This document shows positions 27,459 through 42,640 of a stretch of 64,000 bases of DNA, in pieces. Positions within the stretch are counted from its first letter, which is position 1. Every line of letters begins with the position of its first letter. Source of the DNA: Octopus sinensis. Taxonomy: Eukaryota. The stretch covers positions 70,618,001-70,682,000 of the forward strand of contig NC_043002.1 in NCBI RefSeq assembly GCF_006345805.1, given 5' to 3'. The notes beneath the pieces were generated by a model. The model was not told the DNA's origin and did not search any database. It saw only the letters and a list, made by a program, of their open reading frames with translations. The position numbers and the translations under genes were made by a program.

Positions 27459-28397
27459 GTTATATTTCTGCTGCTTTTAAATAAAGCATATTACTCTACC
27501 TCTGGTATTTGAGTACACTTTTTTCCACCTTGTTTCACATTTATGTGTTAAACAAGAAAACACAAAGAGAAAACACAACAACGCGAGGACGTGGAACAAA
27601 TATAGTATTATTGGACGCTCATGAAGGAAGGGAAGAAGGAGGGGTTTACGTTTCCAGCGGAGCTCTTCGTCAGAAACATAGGAAAAGGAAAGATCCAGAG
27701 AAGAGAAGACGAAGGGAAAAAAATCGCCAACGGTACACACACGCGGTCACATTTTTGTATATATATGAGATATATATGTCAGATAATAGTTTCACTTTAA
27801 TAGTTTCAGTATTAATAGAAAGATATTATTTCACTTTTGACACGTAATACTGAGATATATATAAGAGATAAGACATTGTTCTGGACTCGCAGTAGGCAAG
27901 AGGTTGAAAATTGTTTTAGGCCATGACACTGCATGGACCGTAAGCAAGACATGTGTAAAATTTAAATGAAATCGGTGGGGTAGTTCTCGAGTTTTAGGGA
28001 TCCACACAAACAGATATTCTCAGTTTTATATATTATTCAACTAACCTAAATTCTGATTATACGTAATCACAGCTGAGCGCATTTACTCCGATATTTTTCT
28101 CGGTCGGGCGATCTACTGGCGCAAATCAGTCAATGTGTCGGTTGAATTATATATAAAGCTATTAGGTCAGGGTTGCCTCTCTCAGTTACATCTGATCGAC
28201 AAAAGGCAACAAGCTCGAAACATCGATGTTTGAGATTCCCAAGAGAGGGCGACACTGAACGAACGGGGTTTTTTCACACCTTTTACCATGAGAGAGAATT
28301 TTTCTCTACGGTAATTTCAGTTTATTTAACTAAAAACATATTTCAGTTAATCTCAATTGTGATTATACGTAAACACTGCTTAGCTCATTTACTCCGA

Positions 28398-28477
<80 letters not shown>

Positions 28478-28885
28478 TACTTGGAGAAGAGAAAACAACG
28501 CGTGCGTTCGGTCATATAATAACAATATAATAAATGAAACATGCATATATACATACATATATGTACATACTTACATATATATGTATGTATACATGCATAT
28601 ATGAGTACAGGACACCACAAATAAACGTAGAACACAACGAGAAACGAAAACATAAAATCAAACAAGGAAACGGACTTTTCTTAACAACGAAAAAACAGAG
28701 TACAGGACAAACAATACAAGGAAAATTCCCCTTCATCAGCTGCCCCTGGTTCGACTCTATCTAACTATTTCATCAAAGAAAAAAACAAAAAAAGATTGGG
28801 AAAAGAAACCAAATGACGCTGAAAGATGGTGTCACTGTATGGCTACAGCCTATGGCTTAAAACCAGTGAAGAAAAATTATATATA

Positions 28886-29280
28886 GGCGCAGGAGTGGCT
28901 GTGTGGTAAGTAGTTTGCTCACCAACCACATGGTTCCGGGTTCAGTCCCACTGCATGGCACCTTGGGCAAGTGTCTTCTACTATAGCCTCGGGCCAACCA
29001 AAGCCTTGTGAGTGGATTTGGTAGACGGAAACTGAATGTACCCTCTCATATATATGTATATCTGTGTGTGTGCTTGTGTGTCTGTGTGTGTCCCCCCAAC
29101 ATCGCTTGACAACCGATGCTGGTGTGTTTACGTCCCCGTAACTTAGCGGTTCGGCAAAAAGAGACCGATAGAATAAATACTAGGCTTACAAAGAATAAGT
29201 CCTGGGGTCGATTTGCTCGACTGAAGGCGGTGCTCCAGCATGGCCACACTCAAATGACTGAAACAAGTAAAAGAGTATAT
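28886..29280 (+). mobile_element. tRNA-derived CORE-like SINE (fullest copy of this family here)
   Basis: GGCGCAGGAGTGGCTGTGTGGTAAG head, ACCTTGGGCAAGT core-like segment, tail ...ACTGAAACAAGTAAAAGAG. Confidence 0.75.
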
Positions 29281-30379
29281 CCGCCAATATTCGCACGAAT
29301 ATAAATATACACAAAATGTACATAATATAAAAAACAGAAAATTTAAGAAATTGACGATCGTTTTATTGACATTTCAGTTTAAAAAAGCTTTTCACATTTC
29401 AGTTTAAAATCTTTTATCTAGCATCAAAATCAGTGTTTGTAAAAGAAAACTATAATTGCCAAAGTGAAAATTAAAAAAAAAAATTCTTAACCAGCTTCAA
29501 AATGGTCTACGAAAAAGTGAGAATATAAAATGTGGATAAGAAATTTTTCAAAACCAATCTGGACTGTTGTCTCAGACGACTAAGAGAAAAAAAATACTAT
29601 TACTCGAAATATTGTACAAGTTCTTTTAATTTACCTTTACGTAAAAGATTAAAACCGTAAAATGCAGCATTTTACACAAGGTATAGAGAAGCACATATAC
29701 ACATTGTATGTGTATTCATGTACTATAACCGATAACTTAAGTGTTGGTTTGAATATCCAAACCAACACAAGACCAAACTAAGTGATAAAGTGAATCAGTC
29801 ACGATTTATCGCTTCGGTTTCAACACCCATGCATTTCCGCAACACTATGTGTATCTAGGTTGCATTTGTGTCAGTGGTTGTACGTTCAAAAACTAAAACG
29901 GTTTACGGACAAACAAAATGCCGATTTGCGATATAGACATATCGTATTTACATCGAGTGCAACGTCAAGCAAACGGCGAGGATTAGAGATTTCCGGTTCA
30001 ATAACGACTGTGGATTCAGTAATTGCAGTTAACGGTTTTTGTGATGGTAGCACATTCTTCTATACCAGCATGCCACGTTGGTCCGTACACAGGTCGCAGT
30101 GTGCTCGCCATCATCGAATTTTGAGAACGTTACACTATCCCCAACAAGGATTTTAATTTTTCACGAACATTCGAAAATTAAGCGATGACACTGCTTTTGA
30201 AAACGATCTACCACCGTCTTAAGGTCACTGAAGGCAGAACGAATCCACAAAAGCTCCATTTTCTAAAGATAGTAGATGTGTACTCAATACAGAATGTCTA
30301 ATGTAGAGATGTTGGCGGCAACCTAAAATTAAAAAGAAAAAGTTTAAATGATTTGTTTTCGTCTGATCTTTCGAGTATG

Positions 30380-31000
30380 GATAAATTGAAAACAGGAGGA
30401 TGCGCTTGTTTGTGTTATTGTAAGAGAAGGGAATTATCCTTAAAAGAAAAAAAGTTACGTACAAAAAGCCAGATGAAGACACTTTGCAGGAAATTTTACA
30501 GGCAGTGCCCCTAAAAAAGGATGCAATGAGGGTGTGTCTGTCAGGCCGTACTGTTTTTCCTTTATTTGTGGGCCACGGATTTAACATTTCGGGCTTGCGT
30601 TGAAGACCTGGGGTGGGGAGTCATTGCACAGTTTGTGAATGAAAGTGGCTATGTTCGTGAAATATATACGGAGGATCTGTTTTGCAACCCAGTTCAAATA
30701 GGCGGTCCTAGGAAGACGGTTTCGTCCCTCAGTCTTTTCAAGGTGCAAATACAACGGAGGAAGAATGCTCGCTATTTGAGCAGTGGTTTTTCGGCGGAGT
30801 GTGTCGCGATATCAGACAAGTATTTCCTTATGAGATGCCATATCAGAGTCGCGGCACAGTTTTCTTTGTGAGTTGTAGAATGCCTACTTTCACATACTTT
30901 AAATTGGTTATAATTTTCGACAGAACAGTGAACCACATTGCTGAATTTATTAACTCGAAAGAGGATACCCACACTCAAATAGAAAACACACGGGCCTGAG
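30380..31000 (+). pseudogene. Merlin/IS1595-family DDE transposase relic
   Basis: Across frameshifts: QIGGPRKTV..SLF, QWFFGGVCRDIRQVF and TVNHIAEFINSKEDTHTQIENT, in the characteristic Merlin motif order. Confidence 0.7.
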
Positions 31001-31526
31001 TAAATACGAGGGAAGAAACGACGACGCTGTCAGACCAACCGTTTTATAGTCAACTCGTATGTTTGCGAGTTTATGTGCCGCAGGAGATACGAAAATCGTA
31101 ATTTAAGAAACTCTTGAAGTTTATCAAATTTAGGTCTTCGAATTTTCTCTACATGAACTGAACTATAATATTATAGAGTACAGATTATGTAATAACAAAA
31201 AATTTAGCTTGTTTAATAAGAAATAATGCGATAGAAAAAGTATGTGGGAGCTGGCACTGACTGGGTAAAAATTATCAAATTTTAAACCTCTGTAACACGT
31301 TTCTAAAATTATTCTGAAACAATTAAAATCAAAGCAACGTGAAAAGTTACAAATTCAAACTGCGATACTAACGAAAAGGACCCGCAGAATCTGTTATTGT
31401 AATAAGAAGCCATTAGGTTGGTGAAGAGAAATGGCACATACATGTCCAGCTAACACATCGTGACTATTCAAATCGAAATTATATTTACATCAGCAACAAT
31501 GAAAACGTCAACTGCAATACAGAGTT

Positions 31527-31947
31527 GGGATCTTTTCGGTTTGAACGGTAGTTTTTTTTTTTTCTGGCGGTGTCATATGAAATTGTCACCCATAATTATG
31601 ACCCTAGTATTGATCTATTGCATTTCCATCTCTTTTAGGGTTAGGGGTGGGGGAAGGGTATCTTTTTTTTTTTTCACAAATGTAAATAAACCCAATCTGT
31701 TTCTTAAACGAGGTACATATTCATACGGCACAGAATGATTTTTACCTCAATAGACGTATTTGATTGGTTGAAATTGCGGAAATTGGAGAAAAAACAACAA
31801 CAAATATCTTACAAACTATAGAATTTTCTCAATAAAGCCAAGAGAAAAAGATGTTTTATAAACACATTCTACCAGTATACGAAGTTTAAAATTTTTTAGT
31901 TAACTAGAAATTATGTTAAAAACTGCCGTTCAAACCGAAAAGGTCCC
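31527..31947. mobile_element. MITE with GGGATCTTTTCGGTTTGAACGG TIRs
   Basis: Right end CCGTTCAAACCGAAAAGGTCCC; flanks AGAGTT / AGAGGT (imperfect 6 bp TSD). Confidence 0.75.
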
Positions 31948-32114
31948 AGAGGTGTATATATAATAATATAATAAATTTTAAAATATATTAACAGTTTTGC
32001 TAAGGTACCCTGACAAGGAGTTCGCATCAGTCTTTTACAGTGGTTAAAAACAAATTACAGAAATTATGTAATGCAGTACAACACAAAATTATAGACAGTT
32101 AAGGTAAATACATA

Positions 32115-32626
32115 CCGTAAATCCTCGAGTATAGTCCGCCCTTGAATATAATACGCAGGGAACTTTTAGGGGGCTGTACCTCTGAAAAACCTAAACCTTG
32201 TGTATAATACGCACCCCTTCTCTAATTTGAGTCAAGTGGTCTATATAACGTCCTTGGTTTGTAAAAATGTATACGGTAACGTCCTTTATTATTATTGTAT
32301 ATATATAACATAATGCAAACGTGTAGGTTTTTTGTGCATTAGTTTGCAGAAAATAAAGAAATAACAGTAATAACGTTTAATAAATGTTGCTTACTGCAAG
32401 TTATAGATGATTCTTTTATGACTTCATTGCTTTCAGGCTTAGCTTAAGGTATTTTCCCGCCCGACATCACAAAATTCCTCTGAATAAACATTGCCGAACA
32501 GCAAATAGAGACTCGGACATTGCTTAGAAAATATTTTTCATTTCTAACCTCGTATATAGTACGCACTAGGGATTTTGACCTTTTAATTTTGGGGAAAAAA
32601 TGCAGATTATACTCGAGGATTTACGG
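32115..32626. mobile_element. Tc1/mariner-pogo type MITE with TA TSD
   Basis: TA|CCGTAAATCCTCGAGTATA ... TATACTCGAGGATTTACGG|TA. Confidence 0.85.
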
Positions 32627-33598
32627 TATTTAATATTTTGTTTCAATCTTTAGGCTGCGGCCATTACACACACACGGAAAAAAATCCACGAAGAACGAAC
32701 GCTACCAACATCATTTTATCTTGTATTATTAACGATGAAGAGAATCTGGACTTCGCTTACAAAGGGACTGATTATTATATAAGTAAGTATTCAAGGTGAC
32801 GAGGTGCCAGAATTGTTATCACACCAGGAAAATGTTTAGTGGTATTTCGTTCATCTTTACGTTCTGAAATCAAATTCCGCCCAGGTCAACACAATGAGTA
32901 CCAGTAGAATATTCAGGCTCGATGTAATCAACTTGGTGCCTTCTCCGAAACTGACCTTCTGCCAAAGTTTGAAATCAATGGCTGTGTGGTAAGGCAACGA
33001 GCTGGCTGAAACGGTAGCACGCCGGGCGATATGCTTAGCGGTATTTCGCTTGCAGCTAATGTTCTGAGTTCAAATTCCGCCGAGGTTGACTTTGCCTTTC
33101 ATCCTGTCGGGGTCGATAATTTAAGTACCAGTTACACACTGGTTCAATGTAATCGACTTAATCCGTTTGTCTGTCCTGGTTTGTCTATTCTATGTTTAGC
33201 CCCTTGTGGGCAATAAACAAATAAGCTAGCTTCCCAACCACATGCTTCCGGGTTCAGTCTCACTGCGTGGTACTTTGGGCAAGTGTCTCCAACTATAGAT
33301 GTAGGCCGACTAAAAGGCCTTGTGAGCGGGTTTAGCAGGCGGAAACAAAGAAGCCGGTGACATAATGTATATAAGAGAGAGAGAGAGGTGTGTCTTTGTG
33401 TTTGTCCCATCACCGTCTGACAACCGATGTTGGTGTGTTTATGTCCTTGTAAAATAACGGTTCGACAAAAAGAGACCGATAGAATAAGTCGTAGGCTTAA
33501 AAATGATATTATCTGGGGGTCGACTCGTTCGACTAAAGACCTCTCCAAGGTGGTGCTCCAACATGGCCGCTGGCAAATAAACAACTCAAAGAAATATC

Positions 33599-33635
<37 letters not shown>

Positions 33636-33699
33636 GTAACAAAAAAAAACACTATCAAAAACATTTGAGTTTACGACAAAAACAATCAGAAATTGAGCC

Positions 33700-34326
33700 C
33701 CAAGTGGGCTTAATTTGTCGACTCCGAAAAGATGAAGGGTAAAGTCGACCGCAGCAAAATTTGAACTCAGAACGTAACGGCAGACGAAATACCTATTTCT
33801 TTACTACCCACAAGGGGCTAAACACAGAGAGGACAAACAAGGACAGACAAACGGATTAAGTCGATTATATCGACCCCAGTGCGTAACTGGTATTTATTTA
33901 ATCGACTCCGAAAGGATGAAGGGCAAATCGACCTCGGCAGAATTTGAACTCAGAACGTAGCAACAGACGAAATACCTATTTCTTTACTACCCACAAGGGG
34001 CTAAACATAGAGGGGGCAAACAAGGACAGACAAACGGATTAAGTTGATTAGATCGACACCAGTGCGTAACTGGTACTTATTTAATCGACTCCGAAAAGAT
34101 GAAAGGCTAAGTCGACCTCGGCAGAATTTGAACTCAGAACGTAGCGGCAGACGAAATACCTATTTCTTTACTACCCACAAGGGGCTAAACACAGAGAGGA
34201 CAAACAAGGACAGACAAACGGATTAAGTCGATTATATCGACCCCCGTGCGTAACTGGTACTTATTTAATCGACTCCGAAAAGATGAAGCGCTAAGTCGAC
34301 CTCGGCAGAATATGAACTCAGAACGT
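33700..34326 (-). repeat. Tandem array (about 3.5 x 180 bp) of a SINE body
   Basis: Repeating unit gttctgagttcaaattccgccgaggtcgactttgcctttcatcctttcggggtcg...tttagccccttgtggg on the minus strand. Confidence 0.85.
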
Positions 34327-34604
34327 ACCGTTCAAACCGAAAAGGTTCTAAATATCTTCTATTTTGTTTCATGTATTTTCTCCATGGATTTTCTTCATAC
34401 GCTTTCAAACGTATCGATCTTTACAGGTTTTCACACGTTTTGTTTTATATCTATGTAAATATGTATATTCCTACGCCATTGCTTTGTGTGCTGAATGTCC
34501 TGGCATTTTAATATTTATTTATGTTCAACGGTGTGTATATATGGGGATGATATAAAGTTGCTTGCTCAATACTGATGTATGTTTTTTCAGCCATTGTATA
34601 TGTA

Positions 34605-34775
<171 letters not shown>

Positions 34776-35485
34776 GTATATATATATACATATATATATA
34801 TTCATATATATATATATATGTGTGTGTGTGTGTATGTGTATGTATATATGTGTGTGTGTATATATGTGTATGTATATATATGTGTGTTTATGTGTGTATG
34901 TATATGTATGTATATATATGTGTGTGTGTGTGTATGGAGCAAATAATTCACCGTAAAAATAATTCATGGAAAAGTAATTTGATAAGATAATATTGGTTTT
35001 ACGACTACCTAGTGTAGCAATTTAGAATAGATCATAACAGAATCAATAATATAGGCTCCCCAAAAAGCATTAAATAGTTGAAGGATAACAATTAATCAAA
35101 GGACATACTAAGTATGGCTACCTGCTAGAAATAATAGTCAAAACTCTTAATTTAAATCGCCAAGGCAAAACGGGTGATATAATCTCCCAACATACATTCA
35201 AGTATATATACTCGAAATGTTGGGTGATTGTCTAAGCCTGTTTTGCCATCGGTTGACTTCTGTAGTTATCATCAGTATATTTTGGCGATTAAAATAAGTT
35301 TTGACTGTTATTTCCAGCAGTTCGACATACTTGGTATATCCTTTGATTAATTTTAATCCTTCAGCTATATGTATATGTGTGTGTATGCATATACGTGTGT
35401 GTGTATGTATATATATATATATGTGTATGTATTTGTATATATATATATGTATGTATGTATATGTGTATATGTATATATTTATATG

Positions 35486-35521
<36 letters not shown>

Positions 35522-35852
35522 GTGTGTGTATAGTTATAGATGTGTATATGGATATGTATATATAAATGTATATGTATATATATATACGTGTATATATATG
35601 TGCATATATGTGTGTATATATATGTATATATATATGTGTGTATATATATATATATATGGATATATATATATATAATATATATATATATGTATATATATAT
35701 ATGTATATATATATGTATATATATATATATATATGTATATATATTAATCAATATAAGGGTAGCAAAAAATTCAAGAAAACTTTTCTGCAACCACCGGTCA
35801 AGTGAGAAAGTAGAAATAGTCACACACTATATAATATAGGCTCTATATATAA

Positions 35853-35930
<78 letters not shown>

Positions 35931-36224
35931 GTATATATGCATACATATATATATATAGGTATATATATATATATGTCTGATTCTGAGACCCCTTCGGTCA
36001 CGATGCAAACCATGGGATTACTTTTAAAATGTTACCTTCCCAGGCACAAGTCCGGGCAAGGTTGTTTATGGAAGACCAGCAGTCGCCCATGCATACAAGC
36101 CTCCCCTCTCCACGCTACTAGTGTTATCCAAGGGAAAGGCAAATGGGCCGATACAGCTTGGCACCTGAGTGAACTGGAGCAACGTGAAATAATGTGTCTT
36201 GCTCAAGAACGCAACACAACAAAC

Positions 36225-36310
<86 letters not shown>

Positions 36311-36311
<1 letters not shown>

Positions 36312-37030
36312 GTGCAGTCTTTTAGCGCCTACAGAGTATCTCAACAGACACGATAGAGCTGCACAATATATTCACTGGGTAATCTGCAGAAACCTGGATT
36401 TGCCCCATGAAAAAAACTGGTGGGAACACAAACCACCCCCAGTGCTTGAAAATGACCACATCTCACTCCTCTGGAACTTCACCATTCAAACTGACAGAAA
36501 GATAGATGCAAATAGGCCAGACATCATATTCAAAGACTTCAAACAAAGAACATGCCTCCTCATTGATATGACTGTCCCAATCGATATAAACGTATCTGTC
36601 AAGACCTACCAAAAACTGGGCAAATATAAAGATCTTGAAATAGAAATCAGCAAAATGTGGAACCTGAAGACTAAAACAATACCTGTTGTCGTAGGTGCCC
36701 TGGGAATGATAGCAAAAGGGGCTGATAGCTACCTAACTCAGATACCAGGAAACCCAAAAATGGCAGAAATTCAAAAGATAGTGCTTATGGGAACTGCTCA
36801 TATCCTACGCAAAATACTTTCTATGTATTCTCAAGGTTTAAAACAAACATAATTTTCGTTTTTTTAAAAAAAAAAAATTATTTTTTTAGACATTCATTAG
36901 TACAACCCCCCCCCCAATATATGGCACACTAGGCATAACAACAACATGAACTTCCAACCTGTTGTCTCTTGAGGTCTCTGGGTGAGACTTGGAGCCAACT
37001 TGTACAAATATAAAGCAAAAGTCAAACATA

Positions 37031-37032
<2 letters not shown>
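36311..37032 (+). mobile_element. 5'-truncated Dong/R4-clade LINE (RLE domain plus 3' UTR) in (TAA)n
   Basis: ORF 36400-36852 RPDIIFKD..LIDMTVP..KYKDL..PVVVGALG..GTAHILRK. Highly similar to the 3' end of 46047-50000. (TAA)n on both sides. Confidence 0.9.
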
Positions 37033-37086
<54 letters not shown>

Positions 37087-37239
37087 GCCCTGATGCAGGA
37101 CCATGCAGTGGCTCTCGTGGCTTCTGATCTTAACTGATTGGAAGTGTTTAGAATACGACCGCACGAGAGGGAGTTGCGGTGACATATTTCTCCTCTTGTT
37201 CAGCAGCGTCCGGCCGCATCCCCACATCACATAACGTAA

Positions 37240-37632
37240 TCTTTATATATAAAAGTAAGGTTGTGTGTCTGTCTCCTACGATTTAGATTCCAAACTACTC
37301 CCACATTTTGCGGTGCAGTTTAACCCAAACCGGGTATCTTATAATCGTGATTCATATCGAGCCCTTCTGGGTATTAGCGCGCGTCTACGATGGGTCTACG
37401 ATTTTAAAAAAATTACCATAATTTTTTCCCATTTTAATGCACTTTTTCGCTATTATATAAGGGGAAGTAACTCTCTAAAAATGTCTACGATGAGTCAACG
37501 ATTTAAAAAAATTACCATAATTTTTTTCCATTTTTAATGCATTTTTTTGCTATTTTTTGGCTATAACTCTCTAAAAATGCTTATATAGTTATTTCCCTTA
37601 CAAATCCAAGCAACGCCGGGCGATACTGCTAG
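37240..37632 (+). mobile_element. Non-autonomous Helitron
   Basis: A|TCTTTATATATAAAAG 5' end, 3' gcaacgccgggcgatactgCTAG|T, inserted between A and T, internal tandem duplication. Confidence 0.75.
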
Positions 37633-40454
37633 TGTTATATAATCCATAATACATGTTTAATATACAGTGCCAAAGTAAATGTATAAAGGAACGCCAAAAA
37701 CCGTTCTACTTTTATAAAGAGAAGATAGATTTATTTCACAGTGTACAAAATGATTTGTTTGTTGTGTCATGAATGCATGCTTTTGATATTTGTGTCTGTG
37801 TGTTCGTGTGTTCGACAAAAGTACAGAAATAAGGTTTATGCAAATACAACAGAGCATGAGAGAAGTCTCAACATTTTGAGTTTAAATGAAGTTACCTTAG
37901 AGTTATCTCACCAGTTCATGTAGTACACGATAATGAGTTCTATACAAGATTTGAGTTAGTTAAGTTACTTGTGCATATTTTTCTCTTGATATAGATATTC
38001 TTTCAGATATATATACTGCAACTGTCTTTCCGTGGTGAGATTTTCTCACTAACAGCATGAGTTGAATCTGTATTTATCTTCTGTACAAGTTGAATCTTCG
38101 TAGATAGAGACGATGTTGGTGATGACGTTATGTCTGTCGCTTAGTTTACACTAGCGTATTCATATTAGGTTTGGCTTGGCTGTCGTCTGCCTTTCGAACT
38201 GGAACATGGTTGAGTAAGCTCTGTGTTGTGTGGTCTCCGACCAAGACCTTAGAAGGTCTTAAGCCAAACGACGTGAATCGTGATGTGATCAGCCTATTTA
38301 AAGAGTTAAGATGGCTCAAATGAAAATTCCTATCCGAAAGCCGTGATTGATCAGTTTACACACTGGCGCGAAGTAAGTAAAGAGACAGACCACGCTTAGA
38401 TGCTAACCAATCAAGATAGTGGACACAACACAGTTAAACTAGCCAAAGATGTTTGTAATCTCAAACGAGATCATTCTTAATACTTTTCTCAAACACTGAA
38501 GATAGCAATGAAGTAAACAATATTGCTACAGAAGTGTTATCATGTACGTTGTTTTGTCTCGGTATGGGCTACAGCAAATATTCTGCTCAATACCACAGAT
38601 TTGTTTGTCTGTTGTTTGACCATAACCAGTTGAGCATGTCCCTTAGTGGCCGACGATATGTGCATCTCTGATCAGGAGCAGAAGTAGTTGGGGAGCATCA
38701 TAGCCATGTGTTGAGAGGGATTCTTTTGGGGTTTGAATAATTCACCTCTGGAAACATGGTTGGTTCGTTCAGCATCCTTAAACAACCCTTATTAAGGGAG
38801 CTTTTGAGCGGGATAGGTTACTCGACCAGAAGAACATTCTAACTGGAGCCCCACTTGCAAGGTCATATGCTGTTTATCTTGATATGAGATCACCATGTCG
38901 CGCACATGTGATGCATGTGCCAATCTCTCAGATAGCGCACATTACGAATATATCGGAATTTAATGTGAAAAGAATAGAGGTCGCGCACATGTATATACTA
39001 ACATACATCCAAATTTTTACTCAAATTCCAAGTTCCATTTTGTGGATATATTTGTTACGTGTGTCAGTATATATGTGTGACTTTTGCGAATTTTTCTTTT
39101 TCATATTATATTCCGATATCGTAATGTACAAAGTCTGAGAGGTATTTGTAGAAAATTTCATGTGAAATAAAGCCATTTTTCTTGAAGTTTTCAGGAAAAA
39201 TTGTAGAGTACACAACTGTGTGGGTCTGCCGTTTTATGCACCTTTGAGTTCTTAAACACCCTCTGTAACATGCTGGTTGGTACCATAACATAGTTACAAG
39301 GAGTCCGGTATTGTTCCTTTAACCGTATGAACTCTTAGCCAGACAATTTCAGGACAGAAAACCTGGAGGTTCCAACCAGAAACGATACTTCACTCTCGAT
39401 ATATTCACACAGAATATTTCATTTTAAACTATTGTGTAACTGTAGGGGATATGTAAATAAGGATGGGTAAATAAAAATCGTATATGAAGTATTCCTTTCT
39501 ACTATTGGAAGATGGCTTGAAATTTGCTGCAATTAAAATGCTTGAAAATATTTTCTTGATATTTTTATTATAAAATAGGCGGAAGTCTGTCTGTCGACGA
39601 CCTATTTCTTTACTACCCACAAGGGGCTAAACACAGAGGGGGCAAACAAGGACAGGCATAGGTATTAAGTCGATTAAATCGACCCCAGTGCGTAACTGGT
39701 ACTTAATTTATCGACCCCGAAAGGATGAAAGGCAAAGTCGACCTCGGCGTACCGGCAGACGAAATACCTATTTCTTTACTACCCACAAGGAGCTAAACAC
39801 AGAGAGTACAAACAAGGACAGACAAACGGATTAAGTCGATTATATCCGCAGCGACAAAATCATTCACTAATATCTCCCTACACCGCCACAACAACTGCTA
39901 CTCCAACAATCACCGCCATAACCAGCACCAGTTTTACCTCCCTACGACATCACCATCACGAGCAACACGCTGATACCACAATCACTCCACCACAACGTAA
40001 CCCTCACCACCGCCTCTAAATCCATCATTGCAACATTAACGCCATTAGTATCATCATTGCCGTATCACTGTCGTAACCATAACACCCTTAAATCCAAACT
40101 ACAAACAAGACTATCGCTGAATTCATCGATAACCTTAATGACAACTCCACACTATTTCAAAAAACCCGTTAATTCAGATACGAATATCTTTTGTTTGGTC
40201 AATGAAGCATGACTGCAAACAAAAGCTTGTCATTAAATGAGCGATATTGACTGAAGGGGACAGTCCAGATAGCGACAGAAATTAACAGTCATTAGACACT
40301 GTCGGCTGCAGTGAATTATTCAGACATTTTTGGACATTCAGTGATAATTCTGAAAGTAGCTGATACTGTGGAGAACAGTGGAAAATCCTTAACCTTCTCA
40401 AATACAGTTGTTACCCGCATCTCTACTAAACGTAAGTCGTGTTTCCTTATATTC

Positions 40455-42240
40455 TACTGCTCTCGGGTCCCAAATAATAGGAGTGGGGTTGGAATAAGCT
40501 GGCGGGTTGGACATTTGCTTAAATTCATATAGCGGGTAGGTTGGAATAAACGGGTGGGGGAGTTGGAAAATCGTTAATTGTATAGTGGTAACTAATTTTA
40601 AAATTTTCTAGGTTGTCTCATATGAATTTTTAAAACCAGTTATTTACTCTCGGGTCCTAAATAATTGGGGCGTAGGGAGGAGGTTGGAATAAGCGGGTGG
40701 GTTAGACATTTGTTTAAAATATAATATAAGAAAGTGGGTGGGAATGAACGAAGGTTGGTGGGAGTCATTAACTGGATGGTGTATGTACGAAAATTAGGAG
40801 AAATGCATCTTAAAGCACTTAAAACGACACAACGAGGGAAAGAAATTAACAAGAGCCAAGTGAAATTAGCACGTACGTGTACTTCGAACGTTCACTTTAG
40901 TTAAGATATACATTTGGATAATAAACATAAGATATTTATTAATTATGATGATTATGGGATTTAATGCTGTGGACTAACCAGATAAAGAAAGTAAAATACA
41001 ACACAAAAATAAGTATAAAATAGTAAACTCATGATTTTTCGTCACTGTCCTTCTGAAGGTTTCTCCGTTTCGGTACTCGCTTCTTTACGGATCGCCGAGC
41101 TTCACTGACAGTTGACATGAGTTTCCTTTGATACGGCAACAAAAGTGTAGAGGTTTCGTTTTCATCCAACACCTGTCTTTTTTCAAGGAACAGGGCATCT
41201 TTACTAACATGATCATCACTGTTGATTCCTACAAGAGAGACAGAGCTTCCTGTCATGTTTGGCCGGCCGTGCTTTGGCTCATGCGAAACTTCCATAGGGA
41301 TTTCTCCAGATGGGTCACTCACTTCCAAAAGATTCCCAGATGGCTCTCTTTCATCTTCCGAATCACTTTCAGCAGCTTTTTCCTCAATGCCGTCACAATC
41401 AAATATCCTGAGCCTTCAATATTGTTTTGCACGCTTGACCCCTTTCGGTGGAATTAAGTCCTTAATGACTCTCTGAATAGTATTTGGACAGGGTTTTGAG
41501 ATCATCTCAAGACGAAACCCTCGCATCAACGGACCGACGAGGGGCATGATTCAGTCTGATACCTTATAACCTTCAGAGCCATCGAAAGCTTTTGTGGCCC
41601 ACGTTGACTTGAAAGCAGCTTTAACATCAATCTTATAATCTGCATATGCTCGATGTAGCATCTACATCATCTCAGATCGATGGGGCGTGGGTATTTTATT
41701 CGGAGTTTGAACTAACTTTTCTAGTATCTTTGCTTTCTCTATTTCGCGATATTTTGCTCTCAGTTGTTGGTGCAAATACGTGTTGTTAACCTGAACAAAT
41801 CCAGTGATACTACCGCTGATGATGACTAGCACACACCTCCTTTTCCAGAGGGCGTTTCTCACCTCCGGCATCAAATGCACCATGCAATCATTGAGCACAT
41901 AAATGGCAAAGTTTGCGTGTGAAAACATATTGAATCGGTTTGAAAGGTTTTCAATAGCACAGAGCAGCTATTCTAATTTATAAGAACCTTTAGGAGACCA
42001 TTGATATTTCATTGTAGGCAGGGCATTCAGTAGTGGTGGTCTTTTCCAGTTCCTTTAAATACAGACTCTGAGATAAGCTTTATTTCGGTATCATTGCTAA
42101 CCTGGCTGAACATTGTGATACATTCCCTCGACAAATGGTGGTTTTCTTTGACGGACGTTTATCTTGATTTCTGACTGATAAGGTAGCTTGTCCACTACTT
42201 ACATTCCGGTGCAAGGGCATTTGATTTCATTTGATAATAG
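40455..42240 (-). mobile_element. Decayed pogo/Tigger-like DNA transposon
   Basis: ORF 41662-41928 VLVIISGSITGFVQVNNTYLHQQLRAKYRE resembles the pogo DDE motif IPGG.T...Q..D. TIR-like TACTCTCGGGTCC(C/T)AAATAAT occurs twice (about 40456 and 40645). Confidence 0.55.
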
Positions 42241-42251
42241 GAGGATTAAGT

Positions 42252-42640
42252 TCTCTCTATATAAAGCTGAAGTTGTCTGTGTATGGCAGCTTTGGTAGCC
42301 TTCAACTAACGCTATCTCCTTCGAGACTCTGCGGCGCAAGTTGACCAAAATTGAAAGAATGATAGAAGGCTTGCTCTTCTTTCCGTGGAAGAAAAAAATT
42401 CAGATCGGACCATGTTAATATCAAACATTATTTACATCAAAAAGGTGCTTTTTTTCTATGAAAATCCCTATTTTTTACGAGTTTTTGACTGCTGTATCGC
42501 CATTTTTCGGTGTATTTCAACCAGAAAAAATGTTCACGTAAAGAGAATAACAAGCTACATAATGCAAGAATTTTAAGTTTCAAAAATTCTAATTCTAAAG
42601 AGTCAAAACAGACCTGAGCAACGCCGGGCGATACTGCTAG
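42252..42640 (+). mobile_element. Non-autonomous Helitron
   Basis: 5' TCTCTCTATATAAAG and the same 3' terminus gcaacgccgggcgatactgCTAG|T as 37240-37632. Confidence 0.7.

Noticed and set aside
33700-34326. Regularly spaced repeats resembling a CRISPR array
   Set aside because: The whole unit repeats with no unique spacers, the context is eukaryotic and there are no cas genes.
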